In this document: positions 7,443-17,390 of the stretch, one piece after another
Layout: every line of letters starts with the position of its first letter
Numbering within the stretch: the first letter of the stretch is position 1
IMG/VR virus record: IMGVR_UViG_3300045988_079015
Location: 1-31,873 of that record
Reading direction: 5' to 3' (one strand)
Length of the DNA: 31,873 nucleotides
From: a virus
The notes under the pieces: model-generated
Seen by the model: the letters and a program-made list of their open reading frames with translations, nothing else
What the model was told of the DNA's origin: nothing
Database searches by the model: none
Translations under genes and position numbers: made by a program

Positions 7443-8077
7443 AGTGTCCCTTCTTCATACTGCATTTTTACTTTTCCGGTTCCTTTGATTTTAATTTGGT
7501 TATGCCCCGGCTTTAGCACTAATTCATCAACGGGAAAATTCCCCGCCTTTTTAGTGATTGCAATATTGCCCGCTTCAATTATGATTTCGTTTTCGTTTTC
7601 GATATTCGGGCTTACAGGCATATTTATTTCAAGTTCCTTTGTAACCCCTTCTGCCGTGGCTGTGAGTTCTATCTTCTTCGTTCCTGTGAATCTGTACGGG
7701 TATGCATCTACTGATATTGTTAATCTTTTATATCGCAATCCATCCTCTTCAGTTTCAATTTGTCCTGTGCCTGTAAATATTCCTTCAATATCATTAAAGC
7801 TTATATTAACTTTTTTGCCGTGAACAAGCTTAAATATATTATCCCTGGCCGCTTCTAATTCTGCTTTTTCATCCTTGTGTATACATAAAATAAGCCTTAT
7901 TATTCTATTCTCGTAAGTCGGATAGCCCGTTATTGCTGATGTATAATCAAGTACCCCATTTCTTCCCGGTATAGTTTCCGTTACTCTGCGTATTTGGGGC
8001 GCGGTGATTTCGCGCCCTTCCAAATATGCATTATGTTTTGATTGTAGATCTATGCCGTTAATCATCACTTTATACAT
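7439..8077 (-). CDS. Distal tail protein (Dit, Sipho_tail family)
   Basis: 212 aa, immediately downstream of the tape measure gene. The N-terminus matches the family (INGIDL ... IPGRNGVLDY). Confidence 0.7.
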   Translation of the reverse strand: MYKVMINGIDLQSKHNAYLEGREITAPQIRRVTETIPGRNGVLDYTSAITGYPTYENRIIRLILCIHKDEKAELEAARDNIFKLVHGKKVNISFNDIEGIFTGTGQIETEEDGLRYKRLTISVDAYPYRFTGTKKIELTATAEGVTKELEINMPVSPNIENENEIIIEAGNIAITKKAGNFPVDELVLKPGHNQIKIKGTGKVKMQYEEGTL

Positions 8078-8079
8078 TG

Positions 8080-11000
8080 TTATTGCCTTCTTTCGCGTTC
8101 GGATATTATCCCCATATTCTTATTGATTCTTTGCGTTGCAAAGTCTGCAATAGCATTAACATCAATAACAACGTTTGAATCTTTATTATTGATTGCAGTT
8201 ATAAGCAAGCCCATCAATTCTGCCATTTGCTTATATGTGATTCCTTCGCTTTGCTTTGTGTCCGGTGCCTGTTGTGTTTGACTTAGCGGCTTAAAAGCAA
8301 AGCCCGCTGTCCTTGTTGATGTAATGCCCGCAAGTTTAGAATTTATTGCGCCAATCTTACTTAGCTTATCTTGTGCGTTTGTTAGTGCTATTTCGCCCAA
8401 CTCTTCTGAGGCTCTCGCAACGTCTTTTCCTGTCGCTTCAAGTCCGATTGCAAAACCTTCACCACCAAATTTACCAATTTTCGCAAATTCCCTTGAAGGT
8501 GAGTGCTCATCTAATCTGCGTTTTGCCGCATATAGTGCTTGCTCTGCAATGCTTCTTGCTGCATTTGTCGCAAGCCACATTGCGCCACTTAGTCCATTTG
8601 CAAAACCCGCGCCCGCGTTATATCCCGCGTCGTATAAGCTTATGGCTTCAGCGCCTGTTCTTCCGGCTCCGCCTATTTTTTGCCCCGCAATATTTGCTGC
8701 ATAATTTGTTGCATCTAGTCCTTCAACGTATTTGCCGCCAAATAGTGCGCCTGTGTCGTATGCCTTCGCTGCTTCTTCATCTGCTTTTTCTTTTGCGCCT
8801 TTTGATATTTCGCTTGCTTTATTTGTTACATCGCTTTTGCGTTCATCCATGCCGTTTATCAATTCAGTTGCAGCTTCAGTTCCTGTTTTGTTCATGCCGC
8901 TTGGCATGTCCGCAACTCCTGTTTTAACGGCTTCGTTAAGTTTGATTGTTGCTTCGCTTAGAGGAATTTCCCCGGATAGAATACCCGCTTGCAAATTTTC
9001 GGGAATTTCTATTCCTTTTTCTTTTGCTTTTTGAACCGCTGAATCAAAATCTATAAGTGCTTTTAATTCATCAATTGTGCTTGGAATTGTATATCTTCCT
9101 TCGCGTATTCCGGCTTCAAGCGATTTTGGAATTTTTATTCCCGCAGATTCTGCAATGCCTTGTAGATTAGTTAAAGCGCCCGCCTGTATTTCCATGGTAT
9201 TGTTCCACTTTTGCGCTTCAACAAGTGCGCTTGCCATTCCTTCATAGTAGCCGTCCATGTCGCGCCCTAGTTTCTTATATGTTTCCACGAGTGTGGATAG
9301 TTCATTGCGTTCCGCCTTCTTTAGATCCGTACCCTTTTCAGTTAGTTTGTCGATTTTCTCTTTTACTTCAGCGCGTTCGGCTTCTGCTTGTGATAGCTGC
9401 TGTGTATATTCCGCATACTTTTCGAGTGATTCGGTAGCATTCTGCATATAAGCATCTGCAAGAGCGCGTTCCTTCATTGCGTCAATTTGCTCTTTAATTG
9501 CATTAGTATTATCAACAACTTTGCCTGTATTGTCGTAAAGCTTATCGCCTTCTGCATCGTATGTAAGGTTGAGCCCTTCTACACTTGCATTAAGCTTATC
9601 TACGTATGTTTGCATAAGTTGTTTTTGTGTTGTAGATTTATCCTCAACACCAATCAGCGAGTTTAATCTTTGGCGGTACATTTCTGCACTTTGTGCATTA
9701 GCATTAACCTTTTCAACTGCTGCTTCATGTGCGCGTGCCATTTCGTCTACCGCTTTACGTTCTTTATGCGCGTTTTGATATGCCGTGTAGATAGCTGCGC
9801 CCAATCCTACTATGCCCACTGTTGCGATTCCTATAATTGGTGCAAGCAATGATAATTTTGCGCCAAACGCGCCAACTCCCGCTGTCGCTGTATTCATTAC
9901 TTTTAGCCCGTCTGTGCTTTTCGTCAGCCCGTCAACTGTCTTTGTAAGCTTATCTGCTGATTCTTTTGCATTTTTCGTAAATTTTAGCATCCCACTTAAA
10001 TGTGAAAAGCCTTTTGACAACGTCCCCATGCCTTGTGATAGCTTGCCTAACGTGATTAATGTTGGCCCCGCTACTGCCCCAATCTCTATAAGCTTTACAA
10101 TAAAGTGCTTTGCTTCCGGGCTTAAGTCTTTTAGCCCTTTTGTGAAGTCTTTTATGTTTCCCACGATCTGTTTTATTTCGGGCAAGAACGTATCGCCTAA
10201 TTCCACACCGATTTCAACAAATGTTGCTTTTAGCTGTTGTAATTGTGCAGCAGTTGTTTTATATTTCTTTTCAGCTTCTGCCGTTAAGGCTTTATTTTCG
10301 CCCCATGCTTTATTTGCTGTTGCTGTTGTTTTCGAGAATAATTCGGATGCAGAAGATAGCCTCTTCATAGTGTCACTTGTTCTAATGTTGGTAACACCCA
10401 ATTCTTCAAGAAGTACGTTGAGATTCTCCCCGCCCTTCTTGGCATCGCCCATTCCACTTATTACCTTTTGGAATGCCCCGTATGCATCCTTTTCCCATGC
10501 GCGCTTAAAATCGCTTACACTCATGCCCGCGGTTTCTGCCCATGTGGATAATGTTTTGCCATTTGTCGATACGGCTTTATCAATTTCTGTTAATACTTTT
10601 GATACAGCAGATCCACCCGCTTCAGCTTCTAATCCTACCGATGATAGCGCGGTTGATAGTGCCAATATTTGTTGGTCTGTGAATCCTACTTGCTTACCAC
10701 TTGCAGCAATTCTCATAGCAAAATTAACTATATCTGCTTCAGTTGTAGCAAAGTTGTTTCCTAGATCTACAATTGCAGAGCCTAAACGTTTATAATTATC
10801 TGCTGTTAGTCCGGTGATATTCGCATACTTTGCGAGTGCGCTTGCTGCTTCTTCTGATGATAAATTGGTTGTATCACCTAGCATTACCATTACTCGCGTA
10901 AATTCTAAAATATCATCCGTCTTTATTCCTAGCTGTCCGGCTGCTTCTGCAACTGCTGCAATGTCTGTTGCAGATGATGATGTTTCCTTGGACAAGTCAA

Positions 11001-11583
11001 GGATGCCTTGCCTTATCCTCTCTAGTTGCTTCGGTGTGCCGTCTACTGTCTTTGTTACACCCGCCCACGCAGTCTCAAAATCTATTGCCGCGTGAGTGGC
11101 GGCATATCCAATACCTAGAAATGCTGTTGAAAATGGCATAAGCTTCTTGCCCGCAGTTTCCATCTTTGTGCCTATCTGCTGAAATGATTCTCCCAATTTT
11201 GTAAGCTTGACTGAGCCCAAACGTTCATACTCTGCTTTAAACCGCTTTAGCTGTTGTTCAGTCTGTATGATTTCACGTCTTAGCGCTTCAAATTCTGCTT
11301 GCCCATTTTCTTTGCTTTTAAATTCTTCACTTAGTTGTGCTTCTGCTGCTTGCAGTGCCTTTAGCTTTGATGTTGTTGCTTCAACGCGATCTGCAAGAGC
11401 CTTTTGCTTTTGCGCTAGTAGTTCCGCATTCTTTGGATCAAATTTCAGATTGCGGTTAATATCGCGGAGGGCTTGACTAACACTCTTTGATTTCTGCTTA
11501 ACTTCTGCCAATGCTGTATCAAGCTTAACTGTCCTCGCGCCAAATTCAATTGTTATGCCCTTGATATTCTTACCAATTGCCAT
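8080..11583 (-). CDS. Tail tape measure protein
   Basis: 1167 aa from ATG 11583 (MAIGKNIKG), which has a G-rich RBS; the track start at 11625 is a TTG with no RBS. The protein is Ala/coiled-coil rich and has a TP901-type core (ETAWAGVTKTVDGT...AEAAGQLGI). Confidence 0.9.
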   Translation of the reverse strand: MAIGKNIKGITIEFGARTVKLDTALAEVKQKSKSVSQALRDINRNLKFDPKNAELLAQKQKALADRVEATTSKLKALQAAEAQLSEEFKSKENGQAEFEALRREIIQTEQQLKRFKAEYERLGSVKLTKLGESFQQIGTKMETAGKKLMPFSTAFLGIGYAATHAAIDFETAWAGVTKTVDGTPKQLERIRQGILDLSKETSSSATDIAAVAEAAGQLGIKTDDILEFTRVMVMLGDTTNLSSEEAASALAKYANITGLTADNYKRLGSAIVDLGNNFATTEADIVNFAMRIAASGKQVGFTDQQILALSTALSSVGLEAEAGGSAVSKVLTEIDKAVSTNGKTLSTWAETAGMSVSDFKRAWEKDAYGAFQKVISGMGDAKKGGENLNVLLEELGVTNIRTSDTMKRLSSASELFSKTTATANKAWGENKALTAEAEKKYKTTAAQLQQLKATFVEIGVELGDTFLPEIKQIVGNIKDFTKGLKDLSPEAKHFIVKLIEIGAVAGPTLITLGKLSQGMGTLSKGFSHLSGMLKFTKNAKESADKLTKTVDGLTKSTDGLKVMNTATAGVGAFGAKLSLLAPIIGIATVGIVGLGAAIYTAYQNAHKERKAVDEMARAHEAAVEKVNANAQSAEMYRQRLNSLIGVEDKSTTQKQLMQTYVDKLNASVEGLNLTYDAEGDKLYDNTGKVVDNTNAIKEQIDAMKERALADAYMQNATESLEKYAEYTQQLSQAEAERAEVKEKIDKLTEKGTDLKKAERNELSTLVETYKKLGRDMDGYYEGMASALVEAQKWNNTMEIQAGALTNLQGIAESAGIKIPKSLEAGIREGRYTIPSTIDELKALIDFDSAVQKAKEKGIEIPENLQAGILSGEIPLSEATIKLNEAVKTGVADMPSGMNKTGTEAATELINGMDERKSDVTNKASEISKGAKEKADEEAAKAYDTGALFGGKYVEGLDATNYAANIAGQKIGGAGRTGAEAISLYDAGYNAGAGFANGLSGAMWLATNAARSIAEQALYAAKRRLDEHSPSREFAKIGKFGGEGFAIGLEATGKDVARASEELGEIALTNAQDKLSKIGAINSKLAGITSTRTAGFAFKPLSQTQQAPDTKQSEGITYKQMAELMGLLITAINNKDSNVVIDVNAIADFATQRINKNMGIISERERRQ

Positions 11584-11603
11584 TTTGCCCCCCGTTACTT
11601 TAC

Positions 11604-12250
11604 TTAGCCCAAAAAGGCATCCCAATCATTTTGAGATGCCTTTTTTGTCCTTATTCTTATTTCCTCTTCAGTTGTTGATTCGTTGCTATATTCCATCACA
11701 AAATCAACTACTTGTCCTATGTCCAATTTGCTAATGCCTTCTAACGATAGCCCGCGTTGTGTCGCGCCTATCAATATTTGGTCTAAATTTATGCTACTTT
11801 CAAAATCTTCGCTAGAAGGCTTTTTGCGTTTTTTTCACTGATTGTTGATTCAATCACCGCGGTGATTACTTCCTTGCCTATTATGTCAACGGGCAAGCTT
11901 TTAAAACTCTTTATCCACTCGTGCGGACTTGGTATTGAATCGTCAGCATTCTTTGCAAGCGCCCATGCAATCTGATATATTGTGATAGATTCCGCAACGG
12001 CAAGTGAAATAAGCGCCTCTTCCAATACTTCATCTTTAGCAAGTGCCTGTAAATATTGTGCCGTTGTCAATTCTCCGGTTTCGCCATTTGGAGCGATAAA
12101 GCTTGCATTAATCTTCAATATAGCTTCTATAAATGGCAGCAAATCTGGCAGAATATCTCTGCCAAATTGCTGTCGATAAATAAATAACCACCATATTGTA
12201 GTATCAATCTTGAATGACTGCTTATTGGTTAATTTTATCGTTTTTACCAT
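11604..12250 (-). CDS. Tail assembly chaperone GT-type fusion made by -1 programmed frameshift
   Basis: The slippery heptamer A_AAA_AAC (11834..11828 on the minus strand) sits in the zero frame near the end of the G-like ORF. The -1 frame stays open for 74 further codons and stops at 11606..11604, just before the tape measure start. Confidence 0.65.
11789..12250 (-). CDS. Tail assembly chaperone (gpG-like, zero-frame product)
   Basis: 153-aa ORF between the major tail and tape measure genes, with an AGAGG RBS. Confidence 0.75.
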   Translation of the reverse strand: MVKTIKLTNKQSFKIDTTIWWLFIYRQQFGRDILPDLLPFIEAILKINASFIAPNGETGELTTAQYLQALAKDEVLEEALISLAVAESITIYQIAWALAKNADDSIPSPHEWIKSFKSLPVDIIGKEVITAVIESTISEKNAKSLLAKILKVA

Positions 12251-12261
12251 CTTTTATACCT

Positions 12262-12843
12262 CTATACCCCCGGTGCTGTCGTGCCTAGTGGCTTTGGCGG
12301 TGCTGTGAAGAAGTTATTGTATGCTGCATCGCCCGGTACAAAAGTAACTTTTGACTGTCCTGTCACTGAATCGCCTACAACTGTAATGTCGATTGATTCA
12401 GTCTCCGGTGTCTTGGAGTTCTTTTCCATCGTCTTGTATTCCTTCTTGATTGTGCCTAGTGCCACGTTGTAAAAGATAGTTCTTCTTGCGTGTGCGTCGC
12501 CCTTGCCTTCAAATGCAATGTATACATTCTTCTTCACCGGGTTATTGATTGTCGCAATTCCCCCATCTGTTCTCTTTACTGCGCCCAAAAACTTTGTTTT
12601 GAATTCGTCCGGGAATCTTGCCATCGTTAGTGTTCCCTTGAACCCACTCTCGCTATATTCCGCCCAATATGTGCCGTTATCCGCTGAGAATGTATTCTCT
12701 GATGTCTGCGGATCTGCGCTCAAGCTTACTGCTCCCGCAAGCTTAAAAGGTGCGCCCATTGTGATTGCTCCGTCTGTGCCCACTTCATAAGTTCCAATTG
12801 TTACTTTTTCAAGTCCAAATTCAACTCTATTTGTATCTGCCAT
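12262..12843 (-). CDS. Major tail protein (phi13-type)
   Basis: 193 aa with an AGGAGG RBS. Position and sequence style (MADTNRVEFGLEKV...YIAFEGKGD) fit Firmicute siphovirus major tail proteins. Confidence 0.75.
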   Translation of the reverse strand: MADTNRVEFGLEKVTIGTYEVGTDGAITMGAPFKLAGAVSLSADPQTSENTFSADNGTYWAEYSESGFKGTLTMARFPDEFKTKFLGAVKRTDGGIATINNPVKKNVYIAFEGKGDAHARRTIFYNVALGTIKKEYKTMEKNSKTPETESIDITVVGDSVTGQSKVTFVPGDAAYNNFFTAPPKPLGTTAPGV

Positions 12844-12855
12844 CTTATCCTCCTA

Positions 12856-13221
12856 TTATTTGATTGCTTTAATTTTCTTTATCGTATCTTGATAAAATTC
12901 ATCTGTGTATTTTTCTTCAACGGGTTTAATGTGCGGGATTGCCTTTGTTCTTCCGCCATTTCTCAAAACATGCCCAAATTCGAGCAAGTGGGCAAGCCTA
13001 TAATCTTTTGCGTTATGTACTACATATTCCACGCGCCCCGATATTAAGCTTTTGGGTGTTGCCTTCCACCCTTTATAATATCGTGGTCTACGTCGCGGAC
13101 TTGTTTGCTTTAGTTCATTTGCTGCTCTTTTTGCGCTTTCGCTTGCCACTTCTTTAACTGTCTTATTTACCTCTTCAGTATAATCATCTAATATTGCAGC
13201 AAGTTCCTTTTCAAGATCCAT
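12856..13221 (-). CDS. HK97 gp10-family tail-head joining protein
   Basis: 121 aa. The motif YKGWK...YVVHN...YRLAHLLEFGH is characteristic of the HK97 gp10 family. Confidence 0.7.
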   Translation of the reverse strand: MDLEKELAAILDDYTEEVNKTVKEVASESAKRAANELKQTSPRRRPRYYKGWKATPKSLISGRVEYVVHNAKDYRLAHLLEFGHVLRNGGRTKAIPHIKPVEEKYTDEFYQDTIKKIKAIK

Positions 13222-13400
13222 TATTTGCCCGCCTTTTGTGCCTTGCCAATTGTGTGAATCTTTACTTCGCGTATGTACCCTTTGCTTAGTGCCTGTTCTT
13301 CTCGTTCCTTATCCGTAAATGCCACTATGCTTAATGGCTCAATTACTTCACCCGTCTTGGAATCTCTTAGCATTTGCGTTGTTATATACAGTGTTTCCAT
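13221..13400 (-). CDS. Small hypothetical head-tail module protein (59 aa, below the ORF-track cutoff)
   Basis: Hand translation gives METLYITTQMLRDSKTGEVIEPLSIVAFTDKEREEQALSKGYIREVKIHTIGKAQKAGK. It has an AGGGGG RBS, its TAA stop overlaps the next ATG, and it exactly fills an otherwise empty gap. Confidence 0.6.
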   Translation of the reverse strand: METLYITTQMLRDSKTGEVIEPLSIVAFTDKEREEQALSKGYIREVKIHTIGKAQKAGK

Positions 13401-13412
13401 ATATAGCCCCCT

Positions 13413-13724
13413 TTAAATATCAAAGCTTACAATGTATATGCCTTCATCTGTGCGCGCTTCGCCTGTCCAATCCCAAATAATGCCCTCTTCAGAAAATACA
13501 TTCATAAGCTTATCTTCCTGTGCTGTGTCCTTACCTTCCGTGCAAAGTTCAATATCAAATTCGCCATCCGATTCATAAACAACATTATCTGCTACAAAGT
13601 TATCAAAATTGCGCCTTGTGAAAACTATGTATGGAAGCTGTGGCGCTTCGCCTATTGGCCATTCCTTATACGTTACAGGAAGCCCCGTTTTTTTAAGCAC
13701 TTCAAAAACCTTAGATTGCTGCAT
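13413..13724 (-). CDS. Putative head-tail joining / tail completion protein
   Basis: 103 aa in the connector module. The start overlaps the end of the upstream gene. I cannot name the family with confidence. Confidence 0.5.
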   Translation of the reverse strand: MQQSKVFEVLKKTGLPVTYKEWPIGEAPQLPYIVFTRRNFDNFVADNVVYESDGEFDIELCTEGKDTAQEDKLMNVFSEEGIIWDWTGEARTDEGIYIVSFDI

Positions 13725-14082
13725 CTGTCATGCCCCTTTCTATTGCTTTTAGTTCCAATTCTTCATTTGCATAGTTGATGTTGTCTACAAAATTAATGTT
13801 GTATTTTTTGCCTTTAAAGATAATGCGGTAACTTGATTTTGTTTCGTTTGTAAGCCCCGGCATGTACCTTATGTAAAATTTTAGTGTACCTTGCTCGTTT
13901 GTCTGTCCGGCAATAAAATATTCTTCCCCGTGCAGATTCTTAACATTTGCAAATACTCTTCTAAATTCCACCCATGCGCCCTTAGTCCAACTGCCATCAT
14001 TATTTTGTATCGCGTTGCCTTTGCGCTCTAAAATTATTGGGTGTCTATACACTTTATTAAGCTTTTTATTTGCCTTTTGCAT
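13711..14082 (-). CDS. Head closure / head-tail adaptor protein (Phage_H_T_join type)
   Basis: 123 aa. The pattern VFANVKNLHGEEYF...GTLKFYIRY...YRIIFKGKKYNI is typical of SPP1 gp16/HK97 gp7-like adaptors. Confidence 0.7.
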   Translation of the reverse strand: MQKANKKLNKVYRHPIILERKGNAIQNNDGSWTKGAWVEFRRVFANVKNLHGEEYFIAGQTNEQGTLKFYIRYMPGLTNETKSSYRIIFKGKKYNINFVDNINYANEELELKAIERGMTDAAI

Positions 14083-14344
14083 TGTCTATCGCCTCCGCCA
14101 ATTGCAAGCGCAATATCTCATGTGCAAAGCATTCTTCAAAATGCTCGCTAAAGTTGTTGTAATCGTATCTGCAATAATCAAGCAGCAATGCCCTTGCTTC
14201 AACATTTTTATCAAAATCAATTGTTGTGCCTGTTAGCGCATTTAACTTGGACTGCCCACGTTTGAGGCAGTCCGTTAAATGTGCATCCGATTCATTCCAC
14301 GTTATCTGCAAAGCCCTCTTCAGTTCTTCAAGTAACGTTGCCAT
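14066..14344 (-). CDS. gp6-like head-tail connector protein
   Basis: 92 aa, directly after the capsid gene. It has a typical LKxxLxI...D..L N-terminus. Confidence 0.65.
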   Translation of the reverse strand: MATLLEELKRALQITWNESDAHLTDCLKRGQSKLNALTGTTIDFDKNVEARALLLDYCRYDYNNFSEHFEECFAHEILRLQLAEAIDNAKGK

Positions 14345-14346
14345 GA

Positions 14347-15450
14347 TTACTTATTCCAATCTGCAATATCAAATACAAGGAAGTCTTCATCTGCGTAAGG
14401 TCTGCCCACTGCATGCTGCTTTGCAAGGTATACAGTTTGGTCTTCAAGGAATCTATATTCCTTTGATGATTCAAGCTTTAGGCTTGAGCCAATTCCAAAG
14501 AAATATCTGCCTAGTTCGCCCGCAACAAGCTTATCTTCGGGAACGGCAACGCATGGAATAATCTCACCACTAAATGGCAACTGCTGCTGTATGAATTTGC
14601 CCTGCTGATCTAGTATATTCATAATGCCGTACATCTTGGAATAGTACGTTGTTGGGTTCACAAGAATTGCTACTTCTGATAGTGTACCCGCTCTATCTGT
14701 TGATAGTGGTGCAAGAATCTCTTTGCCGATTGTAGCCGGTGTAAAGTCTTTTAGTTTTGGGGTTGCCTTTGCAGCATGCACTCCGGCTGTTACGTCAGCA
14801 AGTTTCTTCATCACGCCAATTGGCTTGTTATTTCCATCGCCTGTAATGATTGCCTCTTCAAGTGCAAGCGCAATTGACTCTGCAAGAATAGTTCTTGCGT
14901 ACTTGTCAATCCATTCTACACTTAGTGCAAGCATGTCATTTGCAATTGGAACGTATGCTGATACCTTGCACTGTACTGTTGAGATTACTTCAAATTCTGT
15001 GTCAAGTTTCTTCTTGATTTCCTCTGTTAGTGCGCCCCAATGTGCCGCTGCTACCTTGCCCTTACGCAAGATCCATTCTGTTGTGCCTGTTGTATTTACA
15101 AAATTAATCTTTGATAGTAGAGGATGATTCTGCTTTAAATCATCAAACACCCTTTCAAATATTGTTCTTGGGAATGGAAGCTTCTCAAATGAGCCTTTCT
15201 CCTTAACTTCGTTGTAGAAGTTGCGCTCCTCGGATGTTAGCGGCATAATTCCCCTTCTTGCAAGTGCCTCTGCATCTGCATTTGTAATATCAATGCTCTT
15301 TGCTTCTGCAATAATCTTATTCTGTATTGCTTCATTGTTGCGTACGATATTTTCAACAATCATGTCTGCAACATCCTCTGCTGTGCCATTTGTTAGCGCA
15401 TTTACAATTTCGTCTTTGTTCATCACGTTCATTTCATTTGTTAGTGCCAT
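14347..15450 (-). CDS. Major capsid protein, HK97 family
   Basis: 367 aa with an AGGAGG RBS. It follows a ClpP-type prohead protease. Confidence 0.85.
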   Translation of the reverse strand: MALTNEMNVMNKDEIVNALTNGTAEDVADMIVENIVRNNEAIQNKIIAEAKSIDITNADAEALARRGIMPLTSEERNFYNEVKEKGSFEKLPFPRTIFERVFDDLKQNHPLLSKINFVNTTGTTEWILRKGKVAAAHWGALTEEIKKKLDTEFEVISTVQCKVSAYVPIANDMLALSVEWIDKYARTILAESIALALEEAIITGDGNNKPIGVMKKLADVTAGVHAAKATPKLKDFTPATIGKEILAPLSTDRAGTLSEVAILVNPTTYYSKMYGIMNILDQQGKFIQQQLPFSGEIIPCVAVPEDKLVAGELGRYFFGIGSSLKLESSKEYRFLEDQTVYLAKQHAVGRPYADEDFLVFDIADWNK

Positions 15451-15455
15451 TTTGT

Positions 15456-16181
15456 TTACCTCCTAAATTTCGACAATATTGCTTTGTCGGTTTCTTTGTT
15501 CCTGTACTTTTCTAAAATCGAGTTTTTTGCTTCAATTGCTGATTCGTTTTTTACTTCCTCTTTAGCTTCGATTGGTTTTTCGATAATTTCATCGCAAAGT
15601 CCTAACGTCAAGCACTCTTCTGCTGTTAAATATGTCTCTTCATAAATCATTGCTTTGAGTTCTTCGCTTGTTCCTTTGAAATGCTGCAAGTAACTTGTAT
15701 GGACTGCTGAGTCAAATTTCTCGAGTGAATCAGCAACTTTGCGCAAATCTTCTGCATTGCCATAAACCGCGCATGATGCCCTGTGAATCATCATCAATGA
15801 ATTTGGGTACATTTTGATTTTGTCCCCGCCCATTGTGATGATACTTCCTCCGCTTGCTGCGATTGCATCAACAATAATTGTTATTTTCTTTGCGCTGTCC
15901 TTTAAGTAGTTACTAATTGCAACGGATGTATATACATTTCCGCCCCTTGAGTTGATGTGTATTTCTACTTCATCGCCCTTGATTTCAGCAAACGATTTCT
16001 TCACTTCTTCCATTGTGATATAATCGCCACTTTCGGGTTCACCTGTCCACCAATTGCGTGGAATTTCCTCCACAATCTGCCCGTACAAGTATAGCTTCGG
16101 TATTCCTTCCCCCTGTACCAATTCACAACGCGGTGTAAATTTTATTTCCGCCGCTAGTGCTTTTAGCTGTGTTCCTTCCAT
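15456..16181 (-). CDS. ClpP-family prohead maturation protease
   Basis: I placed the start at ATG 16181 (MEGTQLKAL), which has a GGAGGAGG RBS. ClpP-like motifs are present: INSRGGNVY, AASGGSII, MMIHRAS. Confidence 0.85.
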   Translation of the reverse strand: MEGTQLKALAAEIKFTPRCELVQGEGIPKLYLYGQIVEEIPRNWWTGEPESGDYITMEEVKKSFAEIKGDEVEIHINSRGGNVYTSVAISNYLKDSAKKITIIVDAIAASGGSIITMGGDKIKMYPNSLMMIHRASCAVYGNAEDLRKVADSLEKFDSAVHTSYLQHFKGTSEELKAMIYEETYLTAEECLTLGLCDEIIEKPIEAKEEVKNESAIEAKNSILEKYRNKETDKAILSKFRR

Positions 16182-16242
16182 TTTGTCCTCCTCCCCTTTT
16201 TTTCTAAATATAAAAAGGGCATTGCTGCCCTTATTACCTTGT

Positions 16243-17379
16243 TTACTTTGACTGTTCATAATTCTTTGTGATGTAATGCTTCTTTGATTCATCCGTTCGC
16301 AATGGCTCTTTCCCGATTAGTTCGCGGTTTTCGTCTATGCTGTGAACCCCATTCCGCGTAAGTATATCAATTGCATTTGCTACATCGCTTAAACTTGCTG
16401 CCTTAGCTTTGCTTGTATTCACCCTAACATATGTATTGCTGAGATAGTTCTCTTTTGTGTATAGCTTTGCATTGAGTTCATTTTCTATGTTCTTTGCAAG
16501 TGGATCTACACAAAGATTGACAAAGGCTTTTAGCTGCTCAGATATTTCAGTCCCCGTTCCCTTCAGTAGCTGTGGCGGTATTTGAAATGCCCTGGCCACA
16601 AAATCAAATACATCATCCATTAGATTTTTAATATCGCGAGAATCTGTGCCATTCTTGTATGATTCCTTTGATAGTTCATCATATTCAAGCCCGGCTGTTA
16701 GTGGTAATATTGCGCCCGCATCTGCTTTGTAAAATTCCTTTAGCCTTATTTCGATTAAGTCTTTAAGTTTCTTTTGTGCATCTTCAGTTTGTGGGTATGC
16801 AGTTCCAATCTTTAATATTCCGCGCTTCGCATTATTTCGCTTATAGCTTGCCTTCGATAGTTCAATGATTTTGCCATAATCGTTGTAAAGTGAAGTAATT
16901 AAGCTTGTTGCATTTTGATTATTGTTTTTTAAGTGAATCACTTCTGATTCCTTATACGATGTTGATAGATTAAAGCCATTCACAATAATATCTTTATATG
17001 TATTTTCATAGAATGCAGAATCTGTGCGTGTGAATGAATCTGCAATATAAATATTGCTATTTCGCTTTATAATCAAGCACTCATTGTTGATTATTAGCTT
17101 GGCAATAGCTTTCTTCCAAAAGATTGTTGCCCCCTCGTTTTGATTAGGCTTTAGATTAAGCATATAATAATCTTCCTTTTGTGTTGGCTGCCCTTTTGCA
17201 TACGTTTCAAATTTTGATAAGGCAATTGCATTTCCAATTAAGTTAATCGCACTTTGTAATGCTAATTCCTTTGTTGCCACTTGTCCGGTTAATTCTTCTA
17301 AATTAACATCGACTTGCGCCCCTGTTCCTTTGTCAAAAATTCGCCCTAAAAAATCTATAAAATAATTTCTTAGTCCCAT
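16243..17379 (-). CDS. Portal protein, HK97 family
   Basis: 378 aa between TerL and the protease, with an AAGGGGGA RBS. Confidence 0.85.
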   Translation of the reverse strand: MGLRNYFIDFLGRIFDKGTGAQVDVNLEELTGQVATKELALQSAINLIGNAIALSKFETYAKGQPTQKEDYYMLNLKPNQNEGATIFWKKAIAKLIINNECLIIKRNSNIYIADSFTRTDSAFYENTYKDIIVNGFNLSTSYKESEVIHLKNNNQNATSLITSLYNDYGKIIELSKASYKRNNAKRGILKIGTAYPQTEDAQKKLKDLIEIRLKEFYKADAGAILPLTAGLEYDELSKESYKNGTDSRDIKNLMDDVFDFVARAFQIPPQLLKGTGTEISEQLKAFVNLCVDPLAKNIENELNAKLYTKENYLSNTYVRVNTSKAKAASLSDVANAIDILTRNGVHSIDENRELIGKEPLRTDESKKHYITKNYEQSK

Positions 17380-17390
17380 TTCATCCCCCT

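Noticed and set aside
8324-11476. Many + strand ORFs inside the tape measure gene (for example 9812..10795, 327 aa)
   Set aside because: These are antisense shadow ORFs of a long Ala/Ser-rich minus-strand gene. They have no RBS, their composition is low-complexity, and they overlap a confidently assigned CDS entirely.
11828-11834. The chaperone frameshift initially looked unproductive
   Set aside because: A first hand translation placed an early stop in the shifted frame. Re-indexing showed that was the wrong frame. The true -1 frame is open for 74 codons, so the frameshift call was kept.
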